Below are positions 48,392 through 57,424 of a stretch of DNA of 64,000 bases, piece after piece. Made by a program: the position numbers and the translations under genes. The stretch covers positions 1-64,000 of the IMG/VR virus record IMGVR_UViG_3300017917_002374. The stretch is one strand, 5' to 3'. Numbering within the stretch: position 1 is the stretch's first letter; each line of letters opens with the position of its first letter. The notes below the pieces were generated by a model that saw only the letters and a list, made by a program, of their open reading frames with translations, was not told the DNA's origin and did no database searches.

Positions 48392-48877
48392 ATGAAACGC
48401 TTAATTGTTACTGCTGCTCTGATTTCTGCTGCTGCCGGTGCCCAAGCTCAACAGAGCAATTGGATAGCGGAAGGTATTGGTGCGGTAACTGGTGCTGTGC
48501 TGTGTAGCGAACTAGGCGGCGGCAATGCCAGATATGTGGCCAGCGGTGTGTGTGCATACGCAGGCGCTCAAATTGCTCGCAAGTTGACCACGCCCAACAC
48601 GCCACCAGTGTATCCTGTACAGCCTGGTCAGCCTGGCATGGTGTACGCACCGCCTCAGCCGGTATATCAAGACAACTGTTTGACTGATGGTTATTTCAAA
48701 GGCGAATACAATCCAGCTGCGGCACGTGCCTACTGCCGTGGTGCAGTTGAAGCCCAGCGTCGTGCTGCTATTGCTGCTGAACGTGATGCCTACTATGAAG
48801 GCCTGCGTAGCAGCCAACAGCTGGAGCGTGATGCCCATCGTTGGGGTGCTGCCAACAACATGTACACCGGTTACTAA
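48392..48877 (+). CDS. Secreted glycine-zipper protein
   Basis: Signal peptide; GIGAVTGA..GGGNAR..GAQI; promoter TTGACA(48338)-17-TATACT. Confidence 0.65.
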   Translation: MKRLIVTAALISAAAGAQAQQSNWIAEGIGAVTGAVLCSELGGGNARYVASGVCAYAGAQIARKLTTPNTPPVYPVQPGQPGMVYAPPQPVYQDNCLTDGYFKGEYNPAAARAYCRGAVEAQRRAAIAAERDAYYEGLRSSQQLERDAHRWGAANNMYTGY

Positions 48878-49045
48878 GGAGACCTTATGAATTTCTTGAT
48901 TGACATTGATTACGATCCAGTTAGTGGTGCGTACATGGCTTGTTTTGCAGATGGACAAAACATACTGTTAGGTGCCACCAGTTATGAGGATGCTGTGCTG
49001 GAAGCAGACATGATTGATCTAGATCTTTACGAGCTAGGTTAACAC

Positions 49046-49258
49046 ATGGTCCGCAAAACTGCCAAACCAGTTGTTGAATCTAATGAAGACTTTGGTCCGC
49101 CCATGACCTACTTTGTATGCGATACCTGTGCTCATCAGTATTATGATCTAAACAATTATTTTTATGATACCAAGAGTTCCAGATGCATGTGGTGTACCAA
49201 ATTTCCAAAGGCTAAAAATGAACGATCAGTTAAACCAAGCAGTGATACATCTGCATGA
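49046..49258 (+). CDS. Small zinc-ribbon protein
   Basis: CDTC...CMWC. Confidence 0.5.
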   Translation: MVRKTAKPVVESNEDFGPPMTYFVCDTCAHQYYDLNNYFYDTKSSRCMWCTKFPKAKNERSVKPSSDTSA

Positions 49259-49617
49259 TATAGCAAGATTGATTGAAACGGATATTGGAAGCGGTCAGCT
49301 GAGTGAAGATGTACGTGAGTGTGCGGATCGTTTGCATAGTCTTTTACAACCATTAACAGTTGAACAGGATATAGAATAATGGGAAACTTTCTGCTAGGAT
49401 TTCTTTTGGCCTGCGCTATCATGAATCCTGTGCAGACCAAGGCCTTCTTGAGCAAGGGTGTGGACGCTGTGCATCATGTGTACAAGGCCACAGTGAAAGA
49501 GGCAAAGTGATTTGGTAAAATTGCCTACCAGAAATTGGTTGACACAATTTCAAAATGGCAATACAATAATGGTAAGCTACATGGTGTGGCTGACTTTTAA
49601 CTAAACTAGGAGTATGT

Positions 49618-49944
49618 ATGTCTGACAAAATGTTTACTATCGCTGGTGTTTCTAAACTCAAAGGCGCTTACAAGGTTCGTTTCGCCAACGACATGACTCG
49701 TGTAAAGGTGCTGGCCAAGACCGGTCACACTGAGATTGAGCTGATTGAGCTGCCCAAGGCCATGGACAAGCCTGCAATCGTTACTTTCCTCAAGGGCTCT
49801 GAGCTGTACAAGCGAGCCGAGTTCCGTGCTGCCATTGATGCAGCTGATGAGAAGTATAATGCAGCTGGTACTGTGAAGGTTGCTGGTGTTAAGGTCAAGG
49901 CTCCTGCCAAGGCTCCTGCTACCAAGGCCAAAGCCACTGCCTAA
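49618..49944 (+). CDS. Conserved phage protein with Lys/Ala-rich tail (possible nucleic-acid binding)
   Basis: YKVRFAND, IELIELPKAM, KAPAKAPATKAKATA; own promoter and terminator. Confidence 0.7.
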   Translation: MSDKMFTIAGVSKLKGAYKVRFANDMTRVKVLAKTGHTEIELIELPKAMDKPAIVTFLKGSELYKRAEFRAAIDAADEKYNAAGTVKVAGVKVKAPAKAPATKAKATA

Positions 49945-49963
49945 GCGTTTACACACGCTCTCC

Positions 49964-49990
49964 AAAGCCCGCTTACATGCGGGCTTTTTT
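49964..49990 (+). terminator. Rho-independent terminator
   Basis: aaagcccgc-ttacat-gcgggcttt plus T run. Confidence 0.8.
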
Positions 49991-50013
49991 ACGATTGTAA
50001 AAATAAATATAGA

Positions 50014-50145
50014 ATGGGTGTTGAACAACTGTACTTTATAATAGGATTCCTACTTGGTAGTATTTTTGTAGGTTGTTTTTGTGTGGTTGGATTTGTACTA
50101 TGGTACGAGTGGGTTTTTCAACCGCCCAAACGAGACCACGAATGA
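50014..50145 (+). CDS. 43-aa single-TM protein (not in ORF track)
   Basis: TAAATA-N4-ATG; MGVEQLYFIIGFLLGSIFVGCFCVVGFVLWYEW; ATGA-coupled to the next ORF. Confidence 0.5.
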   Translation: MGVEQLYFIIGFLLGSIFVGCFCVVGFVLWYEWVFQPPKRDHE

Positions 50146-50330
50146 AAACAGTTTGGATCATGGTCGTGCTAGTAATAGCAGATGGTGAATGGAGAGAGTG
50201 GGATCACCATTACGCTAGACTAGAAGAATGCCTTGAAGCCAAAGAAATACTCACACATCGCAGAGAACATCTTTTAACCATACGCTGCGAACCAAGACAA
50301 GTAAAATCACTTGACATTCCTGAAAAATAA
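50142..50330 (+). CDS. Small protein with N-terminal hydrophobic segment and Cys pair
   Basis: MKTVWIMVVLVI...EEC...RC. Confidence 0.55.
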   Translation: MKTVWIMVVLVIADGEWREWDHHYARLEECLEAKEILTHRREHLLTIRCEPRQVKSLDIPEK

Positions 50331-50345
50331 ATATACACTGTAATC

Positions 50346-50717
50346 TATTGCTGTATGAAGCAGATTGAAAGGCGTTCTGGACGCGGGTTCGACTCCCGCC
50401 TGGTCCACCAAAAGTATATTACTAAGAGTCCAGGTTCAGAGCGTGGCATAATATACTTCTGATGGGCCAGACATGGTTTCGACAGGGTGATGAGTAAGGA
50501 AGTGGACAGCACGGCAATGCGAAAGCCGTAGGACAGGGGTAACCCGGTCGTAGAAGCAAACCAAGTAAATGCAAAAGCATCTACAACAGAGAGCGCAGTA
50601 AAAGTAACCAAAGCACGTGGTTTCCGTTTCGGCGGTGCTCGTGTTGCGGCAGCTGACGCTGCTTTCGCCTAATCAGCGAAAACTCCGGGGCAGTTATGCC
50701 TTGTAACCCAAAATAGC
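50346..50717 (+). ncRNA. ssrA: Circularly permuted (two-piece) tmRNA
   Basis: Acceptor piece with T-arm gcggg-ttcgact-cccgc and ctggtcc-ACCA ends at 50410; coding piece starts gggccag at 50464; 7-bp acceptor stem with G3.U70; tag ORF 50571-50672; promoter TTGACA(50311)-17-TACACT; outer ends approximate. Confidence 0.92.
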
Positions 50718-50741
50718 AAAACGGCCTTCGGGCCGTTTTTT
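50718..50741 (+). terminator. Terminator after tmRNA
   Basis: aaaacggcc-ttcg-ggccgtttt plus T. Confidence 0.85.
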
Positions 50742-50758
50742 CTTTTATAAATATCTGC

Positions 50759-50959
50759 ATGTGGGTATTAATCATCAGCTTGTATTTGCCGCAGCCTTTA
50801 GGATTCACTCAGAGCAAAGGCATCATTCAGGCTCCACAGCCCAGCTACGAAACCTGCATGCGCGAACGCGACAGAATCAAAGCCACTTGGTACACAGACG
50901 GCTATCGTGTGAGTCCACGTTGTGTGTACATCAAATACTACGATCCTCGTGGCAGTTAA
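50759..50959 (+). CDS. Small hypothetical protein
   Basis: TATAAATA-N5-ATG; MWVLIISL, Cys pair. Confidence 0.55.
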   Translation: MWVLIISLYLPQPLGFTQSKGIIQAPQPSYETCMRERDRIKATWYTDGYRVSPRCVYIKYYDPRGS

Positions 50960-50982
50960 AATATTTTTGCCAAACCACCATT

Positions 50983-51000
50983 TTGTAACACGCTTGTAAT
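50983..51000 (+). promoter_or_regulatory. Putative Pho box
   Basis: TTGTAAC-acgc-TTGTAAT, 11-bp direct repeat upstream of pstS. Confidence 0.6.
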
Positions 51001-51058
51001 CTTAAGATGTTTAAATATTTTTGTGCAATGCACATAATAATATCTTAAGGAGATACAA

Positions 51059-52069
51059 ATGAAACAACTCGTAGCGGCGCTATTGGCCATGTTGGCAATC
51101 AGCGCACAAGCGGCCGATATTACCGGCGCAGGAGCAACATTCCCTTTCCCAATCTACAGCAAGTGGGCAGAAGCCTACAAGGCGCAAACAGGAATTGGCC
51201 TTAACTATCAATCAATTGGATCAGGTGGCGGTATTCGTCAAATCAAAGCCAAGACAGTGGATTTTGGCGCTAGCGACATGCCACTCAAATTGGAAGATTT
51301 AGAAAAAGATGATCTGGTGCAGTTTCCGGTAATTATTGGAGGTGTGGTGCCAGTGGTGAATGTAGAAGGCATTCAGCCAGGACAATTAAAACTAACCAGC
51401 GATGTTGTAGCTGGTATTTTTTTAGGAAAAATTACCCGGTGGAACGACACTGCAATTGCAGCACTGAACCCTGACACAAAATTGCCTGCTCAAAACATCA
51501 CCGTGGTTCATCGCAGTGACAGTTCAGGCACAACATTCTTGTTCACAGACTGGCTGAGCAAGACCAGTGCAGAATGGCGAGACCAAGTGGGCGCAGGTGC
51601 AGGAGTCAAATGGCCCGTGGGCGTGGGTGGCAAAGGCAACGAAGGTGTGGCCACACAAGTGCAACAGGTTAAAGGAGCCATTGGTTATGTGGAGTATGCG
51701 TATGCCAAACGTAATAAGATTCCGCACACACAGCTCAAGAACCGTGATGGCAAGTTTGTACAACCAGACGATCTTACTTTTAAAGCAGCCGCTGATGGTG
51801 CAGAATGGAGTGGCACCAATGGCATGTATACTCTGCTCACAGATCAAAAAGGCCAAAATGCTTGGCCAATCACGGGTGCATCGTTTATAATCATGCACAA
51901 GAAACAACAGGACCCTCTAGTGGGTAGAGCTGTGCTGAAGTTTTTTAGTTGGGCATTCAACAACGGCGGTAAGATGGCCGAGGACTTGGACTACGTACAC
52001 TTGCCAAAAAGTTTACAAGACAAAGTTCGTGTTGAATGGACAAAATTTAACCTAGGAGAAATCAAATGA
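51059..52069 (+). CDS. pstS: Phosphate ABC transporter substrate-binding protein
   Basis: GAGATFP, YQSIGSGGG, DFGASD, RSDSSGTT, GAIGYVE, WPI. Confidence 0.97.
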   Translation: MKQLVAALLAMLAISAQAADITGAGATFPFPIYSKWAEAYKAQTGIGLNYQSIGSGGGIRQIKAKTVDFGASDMPLKLEDLEKDDLVQFPVIIGGVVPVVNVEGIQPGQLKLTSDVVAGIFLGKITRWNDTAIAALNPDTKLPAQNITVVHRSDSSGTTFLFTDWLSKTSAEWRDQVGAGAGVKWPVGVGGKGNEGVATQVQQVKGAIGYVEYAYAKRNKIPHTQLKNRDGKFVQPDDLTFKAAADGAEWSGTNGMYTLLTDQKGQNAWPITGASFIIMHKKQQDPLVGRAVLKFFSWAFNNGGKMAEDLDYVHLPKSLQDKVRVEWTKFNLGEIK

Positions 52070-52626
52070 AGTTGGTAAAATATCTAGCAGTCGCACTGCT
52101 GTTGACAGCAGGTGCTGCACAAGCACAGTTGAAATATTATGGAACTTATGAATTCACTGATGAAGAAAATCGCGTGACAGATGCTAACAAGCAGAAAAGT
52201 GGTTTTGTGCTGGGTGGCAAAAATGCTCAAGGTTGGGACTTCAGTGCCAAGTTTGACATGGGTCATGAGTCAGGCGCCAGCAAGGGTGCAGAAGTGCGCA
52301 TTCGTAAAAACTGGGCCAATGCTGTTGGCACATTGAGCCCATGGTTGGGAGTGCGTGGTGGCGAAGCCATCACCACAGATGACAACTGGACCTACTATGC
52401 ACTGGAGGGTGGCGTTAAGTTTCCCATCGTGGGCGCACTCACAGGTGATGTAGGGTACCGTTATCGCAACGCAGTGGAACAGAGTCGTGCATACCAAACT
52501 GATCGTTATTACGGCATGGTCAGCTATGCGTTAACCAAACAGGACAGTGTGGGCTTGCGCTATGCTCGCAGCTACGGAGACAGTGAAACCAATGCTTGGC
52601 GATTGAGTTATACACGCAGTTTTTAA
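52066..52626 (+). CDS. Outer-membrane beta-barrel (porin-like)
   Basis: Signal peptide, alternating strands, C-terminal YTRSF. Confidence 0.8.
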   Translation: MKLVKYLAVALLLTAGAAQAQLKYYGTYEFTDEENRVTDANKQKSGFVLGGKNAQGWDFSAKFDMGHESGASKGAEVRIRKNWANAVGTLSPWLGVRGGEAITTDDNWTYYALEGGVKFPIVGALTGDVGYRYRNAVEQSRAYQTDRYYGMVSYALTKQDSVGLRYARSYGDSETNAWRLSYTRSF

Positions 52627-52649
52627 AAAAGGCCCGCAAGGGCTTTTTT
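52625..52649 (+). terminator. Terminator
   Basis: ggccc-gcaa-gggct plus T run. Confidence 0.75.
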
Positions 52650-52782
52650 AATGGCCGCGCTTAAACCCAGTGTATTATTTTTTACAGAGACTGCTTAAAT
52701 AATCAAAAGGAGTCTCTGTTTTTCAATTAATGCCACTTCAATCAACTCCATAACAAAAGGGTACGAAACCCAGGGAGTATAA

Positions 52783-53238
52783 ATGAAGAAAAAAATACTA
52801 GCAAGCATTATGATATTTGCTGCTGTTGGAGCGAACGCAGCAGATCCTATAGTAACCGATAGCACCAGCCGCAGCACATCAGAAACCACAATTAAATCAC
52901 CACCACCAACAGCAATTGCGCCCGGAATTACCAGCATGAATACCGACTTGTGCGCAGTGGGTGTAAGTGGTGCAGCACAAACACAAATACTAGGCATTGC
53001 TATTGGATCTACATTTGTAGACAAAAATTGCGAACGTCTAAAATTATCCAAAACACTATATGACATGGGCATGAAAGTGGCAGCAGTGGCTACCCTGTGC
53101 CAAGACGAACGAGTGTTCACTGCCATGATGAATGCTGGCACACCTTGTCCAGTGGATGGTAAAATTGGTGCTGAGGCCAAAGAAATATGGGACAACAATC
53201 CACAGCGCCAGCCACAAAAGGTCAAGAGTAAAGATTAA
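52783..53238 (+). CDS. Secreted Cys-containing protein
   Basis: Signal peptide; DLC, NCERLK, LCQD, AGTPCP. Confidence 0.7.
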   Translation: MKKKILASIMIFAAVGANAADPIVTDSTSRSTSETTIKSPPPTAIAPGITSMNTDLCAVGVSGAAQTQILGIAIGSTFVDKNCERLKLSKTLYDMGMKVAAVATLCQDERVFTAMMNAGTPCPVDGKIGAEAKEIWDNNPQRQPQKVKSKD

Positions 53239-54743
53239 TGAAAAAACTTTTTGCAATTCTAGCATTCCTGTCATTGCCGGCATTTTCTGTTGAACCAACA
53301 GTGGGAGAAAATGCACTGATCAACGGCGCACTAAATGGTAATGCCACAGGATGGACACAAAGCGGCATGGCAGGCGGAGCGGATGGCAACGGCGGCGGCG
53401 GTTATACTTTTAGTTTTCAAAGCGGTACCATATCTCAAACCTATGCTATCAATCAGGCACTGCAAGGAACTGGCATTCAGATACATGGATTCAATTATGG
53501 ATTTGAATATAGATTCAATTGCGGTCAACGCATTGGTGCCAGTTGTGACAGCAATTCGTTACAAGATACATTGAATGCCACAGTTAGCATAACCAACAAC
53601 AGCGGTGCTACAGTGTATTCTCAGTACTATGGATTAGGTGCTAAAAATGCTGCCGACGGTAACAGTGCCTATAATCCAAATTGGCAAAGTGTGGCCACCG
53701 AACAAAGATTTACCAATCCCTATGACATTGCCAATCTGGGCACTTTTACCATGAGTATCACTGGCATGGACGCAGGCTTCTGGGGCGGTAACTATGGTCC
53801 TAGTGTTCGTAACGCATATTCAAGACCTGTGTACACACAGAATGTTTGTACTACCAATCCATTGAGTTCGCCAGAATGCCCTGGATACGAGACAGCATAT
53901 TTGAATCTTCAGTGCAGTATGAATCCAGGATACAGTCCAAGCTGTCCAGGATATTTTACACATCAATGCTCTGCGAATCCTTTGTTTAATGCAAGCTGTC
54001 CAGGATATGCCACTGCCTATCATACCTTGCAATGTAGTACGAATCCGTTGTATGCCACTGATTGCCCTGGATACAAACAAGCATACTTCTTAGAACAGTG
54101 CAAAAAAGACAGTTTATACAGTCGCGACTGTGAGGGTTATAGTACAGCTTATGCAATAAAGAATTTAGTGGCGTTGGAAGTTGATAGCAGTTTGATCAAT
54201 CAGTCTCTGGCCACAACTGCGGCCAGCAGTCCGGCAGTGGTGCAAAAGCAAGCTGAAGCGCAGGCTACCACGGCTAGTGCAACTGTGTCGCCAACTTCAG
54301 TAACTTCTGTTAACTCTGTTGTGAGACCATCCGTGACATCAACTCCAGAAACTCGCACACCGCCCAAAGAAGAACGACGTGAAACAGCCAGCAATCCAGA
54401 AACACGTACTCCTCCTAAAGAAGAGAAACGTGAAACAGTGGCCAAGAAAAATACAGAAAATAAAAAGAACGCTGAAACCGCAGCAAGAGACATTACAAAA
54501 GCCAAAAAACAAGAAGACATTGTGGCAATTCAAAATGTCATAGTATCAGGCATGGGCATATTACCAGGGTTTGAAGCCTATCAGTACAATGCACTACCCG
54601 ACGGAATGTTTTATAAGCCAAAGGAAATGTACGCCAATCAAAAAAATGTGGACAATAGAAATGCCCAAAGATTTTTAGGTGGCGCAAGCGATGCCCGTCA
54701 TCAACAGATGATAGAACAACAATACCAATTAGGAGAAAAATAA
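53238..54743 (+). CDS. Secreted protein with beta domain and five CxxNPxxxxxCxGY repeats
   Basis: Signal peptide; tandem Cys repeats; duplicated PETRTPPKEE. Confidence 0.7.
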   Translation: MKKLFAILAFLSLPAFSVEPTVGENALINGALNGNATGWTQSGMAGGADGNGGGGYTFSFQSGTISQTYAINQALQGTGIQIHGFNYGFEYRFNCGQRIGASCDSNSLQDTLNATVSITNNSGATVYSQYYGLGAKNAADGNSAYNPNWQSVATEQRFTNPYDIANLGTFTMSITGMDAGFWGGNYGPSVRNAYSRPVYTQNVCTTNPLSSPECPGYETAYLNLQCSMNPGYSPSCPGYFTHQCSANPLFNASCPGYATAYHTLQCSTNPLYATDCPGYKQAYFLEQCKKDSLYSRDCEGYSTAYAIKNLVALEVDSSLINQSLATTAASSPAVVQKQAEAQATTASATVSPTSVTSVNSVVRPSVTSTPETRTPPKEERRETASNPETRTPPKEEKRETVAKKNTENKKNAETAARDITKAKKQEDIVAIQNVIVSGMGILPGFEAYQYNALPDGMFYKPKEMYANQKNVDNRNAQRFLGGASDARHQQMIEQQYQLGEK

Positions 54744-55376
54744 ATGGCAGAAGAAAAAGTTGACGTAAACAAAAAAATTGACGATCTTGAAGCAGCATCT
54801 AAAAAATATGCTAGTAAAGACACAGTGATCAGTATTGGCGGGTATGAATTTACTCCAGCCAAATTAATGGTGGCATTTACTTTGGTGAGTTCTGCACTAG
54901 GCGGCCTATATGGATGCTTTGAAGTGTACAAAGACTACATGGGCATGAAGAAAAAGATTGCTGAATACGTGAGTCCTGATCTAACAGAAGTTTATAAAAA
55001 GTTGGAAGTGCTAGAAGCCAACACCAACAAAACCGTAGAATACAGCCAAGATATCAAGAACGATCTTAAAAGCGACATTCGCAGACTTGAAGGTGTGGTA
55101 GAAAGTGTAGAGCGTGACAGCAAGGTAGCACAGCGAGATACAGATAAAAGTGTGCAGGATGCACGTAAAGATGTGCGTGAAACCAAAGCAGAAGTAGACA
55201 AAATAACTCGTCAACTGGAAAAAGACACTACCCAGCAAAACAAAGAATTGCAACGCAGTGTTGACAATGCAGTGCGACAGTTACAAAAAGAAAACGAAGC
55301 CGAGCTCAAGTCCATACGCAGAGAGCTAGACGACAAAATCAAAAAAGCTCTGGACAATCCACTCAACAACAAATAA
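54744..55376 (+). CDS. Membrane-anchored coiled-coil protein
   Basis: One TM then long heptads; ends ALDNPL. Confidence 0.7.
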   Translation: MAEEKVDVNKKIDDLEAASKKYASKDTVISIGGYEFTPAKLMVAFTLVSSALGGLYGCFEVYKDYMGMKKKIAEYVSPDLTEVYKKLEVLEANTNKTVEYSQDIKNDLKSDIRRLEGVVESVERDSKVAQRDTDKSVQDARKDVRETKAEVDKITRQLEKDTTQQNKELQRSVDNAVRQLQKENEAELKSIRRELDDKIKKALDNPLNNK

Positions 55377-55383
55377 AACCCAC

Positions 55384-55419
55384 TATAATAAAAAAGCCCG
55401 CAAGGGCTTTTTTATTATA
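55384..55419. terminator. Bidirectional terminator
   Basis: tataataaaaaagccc-gcaa-gggcttttttattata perfect inverted repeat. Confidence 0.85.
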
Positions 55420-55447
55420 AGACAGTTGTCCACTATAAGTAAATTCT

Positions 55448-55699
55448 ATGCTAGATTATGCCTTGACATTCTTTTCCATTTTTTTTCTTGATATTGTGTA
55501 TACATACTATCTAAGATGTGTGGCCAAAGAGCATGTGTTGGGCGCCAGTTTTTGGAGTGTGGCCTGTTATCTACTGGGCAGCATTGCAGTAATCAGCTAT
55601 ACCACAAATCATTGGTTGATTATTCCTGCGGTGATTGGTGCTTTCTGTGGGACCTATGTAGGGATGAAGCTGAAAAAGCTGAATTTTTTAACAGAGTAA
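55448..55699 (+). CDS. Small 3-TM membrane protein
   Basis: Hydrophobicity pattern. Confidence 0.6.
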   Translation: MLDYALTFFSIFFLDIVYTYYLRCVAKEHVLGASFWSVACYLLGSIAVISYTTNHWLIIPAVIGAFCGTYVGMKLKKLNFLTE

Positions 55700-55707
55700 A
55701 TACTGTT

Positions 55708-56352
55708 ATGAAACCTACCATTGCCATGTTTTTGTATCAGCCTCGTGCAAGTGTACAATGCGGTAATGCAATGATGGAGGCTCTATCTGACTACTACCGA
55801 TTCAAGATCTTTACCAAGCAAGAAATGGAAGAAGATTTTTTTGATGATGTAGACATTGTGGCTTTTCCGGGTGGTGACGGCGATAGTGAAAGCTATCGCT
55901 TTTTAATGAAACATCACCAAAAACGCATTCAAAATTTTGTTGCCAATGGCGGGCGTTATTTGGGCATTTGCATGGGCGCATACTGGGCAGGATCACATTA
56001 TTTTAATATTCTACATCATGTGGATGCTGTGCAGTATATCACTCGTCCTGGCACAGACACACGTAGACCTCATGCCAAGGCCTGCCCAGTGAACTGGCTT
56101 GGTGAACCCATGCGCATGTATTTTTACGATGGATGTGCATTGGTTGGAGACGAGCGTAGATTTGAAACAGTGGCTCGATACGCAAACGGTGACCCAATGG
56201 CCATATTTCAGGATCGTGTTGGAATCATGGGTTGCCATCCAGAAAGTCAACAGTGGTGGTACAACATGTACAACTATCTCAAGCCACACTATCATAATGG
56301 TTACCATCATCGTTTGCTGTTGGATTTTGTTGACCAACTCATGCGTCAATAA
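55708..56352 (+). CDS. BPL_N / class I glutamine amidotransferase-like protein
   Basis: FPGG, YLGICMGAY, HPE; likely start MKPTI at 55708. Confidence 0.8.
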   Translation: MKPTIAMFLYQPRASVQCGNAMMEALSDYYRFKIFTKQEMEEDFFDDVDIVAFPGGDGDSESYRFLMKHHQKRIQNFVANGGRYLGICMGAYWAGSHYFNILHHVDAVQYITRPGTDTRRPHAKACPVNWLGEPMRMYFYDGCALVGDERRFETVARYANGDPMAIFQDRVGIMGCHPESQQWWYNMYNYLKPHYHNGYHHRLLLDFVDQLMRQ

Positions 56353-56437
56353 GTTTTTTCTATTCAATTCATAAAAATATATTTGGTAAAAACCTATGGA
56401 AAATGCCTAGACAATAGGCATTGTAGTCATATATAAT
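56349..56437 (+). promoter_or_regulatory. Putative OxyR-type site and promoter of ahpC
   Basis: ATAA-N7-CTAT-N7-ATAA ... TTGG-N7-CTAT next to TAGACA(56408)-18-TATAAT. Confidence 0.5.
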
Positions 56438-56473
56438 TGTTTTATGCACTGCAACATTATTCAAGGAGATAAA

Positions 56474-57007
56474 ATGAAAACCGTAGGTGATAAGATTGAG
56501 AAGTTTGCCGTTACTGGTGTGAACCCAGGCAAGGATGATTTCTTTGCCATTACAGATGAGAGCTTTGCTGGCAAGTGGAAAGTGATTGTTTACTATCCAA
56601 AAGACTTTACCTTTGTGTGTCCAACTGAAATCGTGGCATACGACAAACTGTTCCAGGATTTTGCTGACCGTGACGCTGTGCTGCTCACAGGCTCAACAGA
56701 CAACGAGTTCTGCAAGTTGGCATGGCAGAACGCACATGAGGATCTGAAAAAGATTCGTCACATTCAGTTTGCTGACACTGCTCGTGATGACAACAGTCTG
56801 ATCAATCAACTGGGCGTGTTCTATGCACCAGCTGGTGCAGCACTACGTGCCACCTTTATTGTTGATCCAGAGGGTGTGATTCAGCATGTGACCGTGAACA
56901 ACCTCAACGTTGGTCGTAGTCCAGAAGAAACACTGCGTGTGCTGGATGCACTGCAAACAGGCGAACTGTGTGCATGTAACCGTAACATTGGCGGCGAAAC
57001 ACTTTAA
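56474..57007 (+). CDS. ahpC: Peroxiredoxin AhpC
   Basis: YPKDFTFVCPTE, RATFIVDP, GRSPEETLR, ELCAC. Confidence 0.95.
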   Translation: MKTVGDKIEKFAVTGVNPGKDDFFAITDESFAGKWKVIVYYPKDFTFVCPTEIVAYDKLFQDFADRDAVLLTGSTDNEFCKLAWQNAHEDLKKIRHIQFADTARDDNSLINQLGVFYAPAGAALRATFIVDPEGVIQHVTVNNLNVGRSPEETLRVLDALQTGELCACNRNIGGETL

Positions 57008-57019
57008 TAGGAGGCTCAA

Positions 57020-57424
57020 ATGCTAGAATGTTTGATTGTTGGAGACAGTATTGCAGTAGGTGTAAGTCAAGTAAGACCTGAATGCCGGTCCATTGCGAAA
57101 AGTGGAATTAATTCTGCCAATTGGAACAAGCAGCATTTGAACAAACTGCAACCAACCAAGACCATGATTATCAGCCTGGGTGCAAATGACCTAGGGGTGA
57201 ACACTGAAGAAAACATTCGCCAACTGCGTGAACGTGCGCAGGCTGATAGAGTGTTTTGGTTGTTGCCCAGTCAGCGACTGAAACCTGATCAGGTACGAGC
57301 TGTAAAATTTGTTGCCATAGACTACGGTGATACAGTGATACCAAGGCCCGAGCGAGACATCAGTGCTGATGGGGTGCATCCTACATATAAAGGATATAAA
57401 GTTTTAGGAGAATTAACACGATGA
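57020..57424 (+). CDS. SGNH/GDSL hydrolase
   Basis: GDSI, LGAND, DGVHP. Confidence 0.85.
   Translation: MLECLIVGDSIAVGVSQVRPECRSIAKSGINSANWNKQHLNKLQPTKTMIISLGANDLGVNTEENIRQLRERAQADRVFWLLPSQRLKPDQVRAVKFVAIDYGDTVIPRPERDISADGVHPTYKGYKVLGELTR

Noticed and set aside
50380-50410. Stand-alone tRNA (T-arm plus CCA)
   Set aside because: No anticodon arm or upstream 5' acceptor strand; the partner strand lies downstream, so this is the tmRNA acceptor piece
50345-50808. Minus-strand ORFs of 88 aa and 75 aa
   Set aside because: Antisense shadows of the tmRNA gene; WWTRRESNPRP is the reverse-complement of the T-arm
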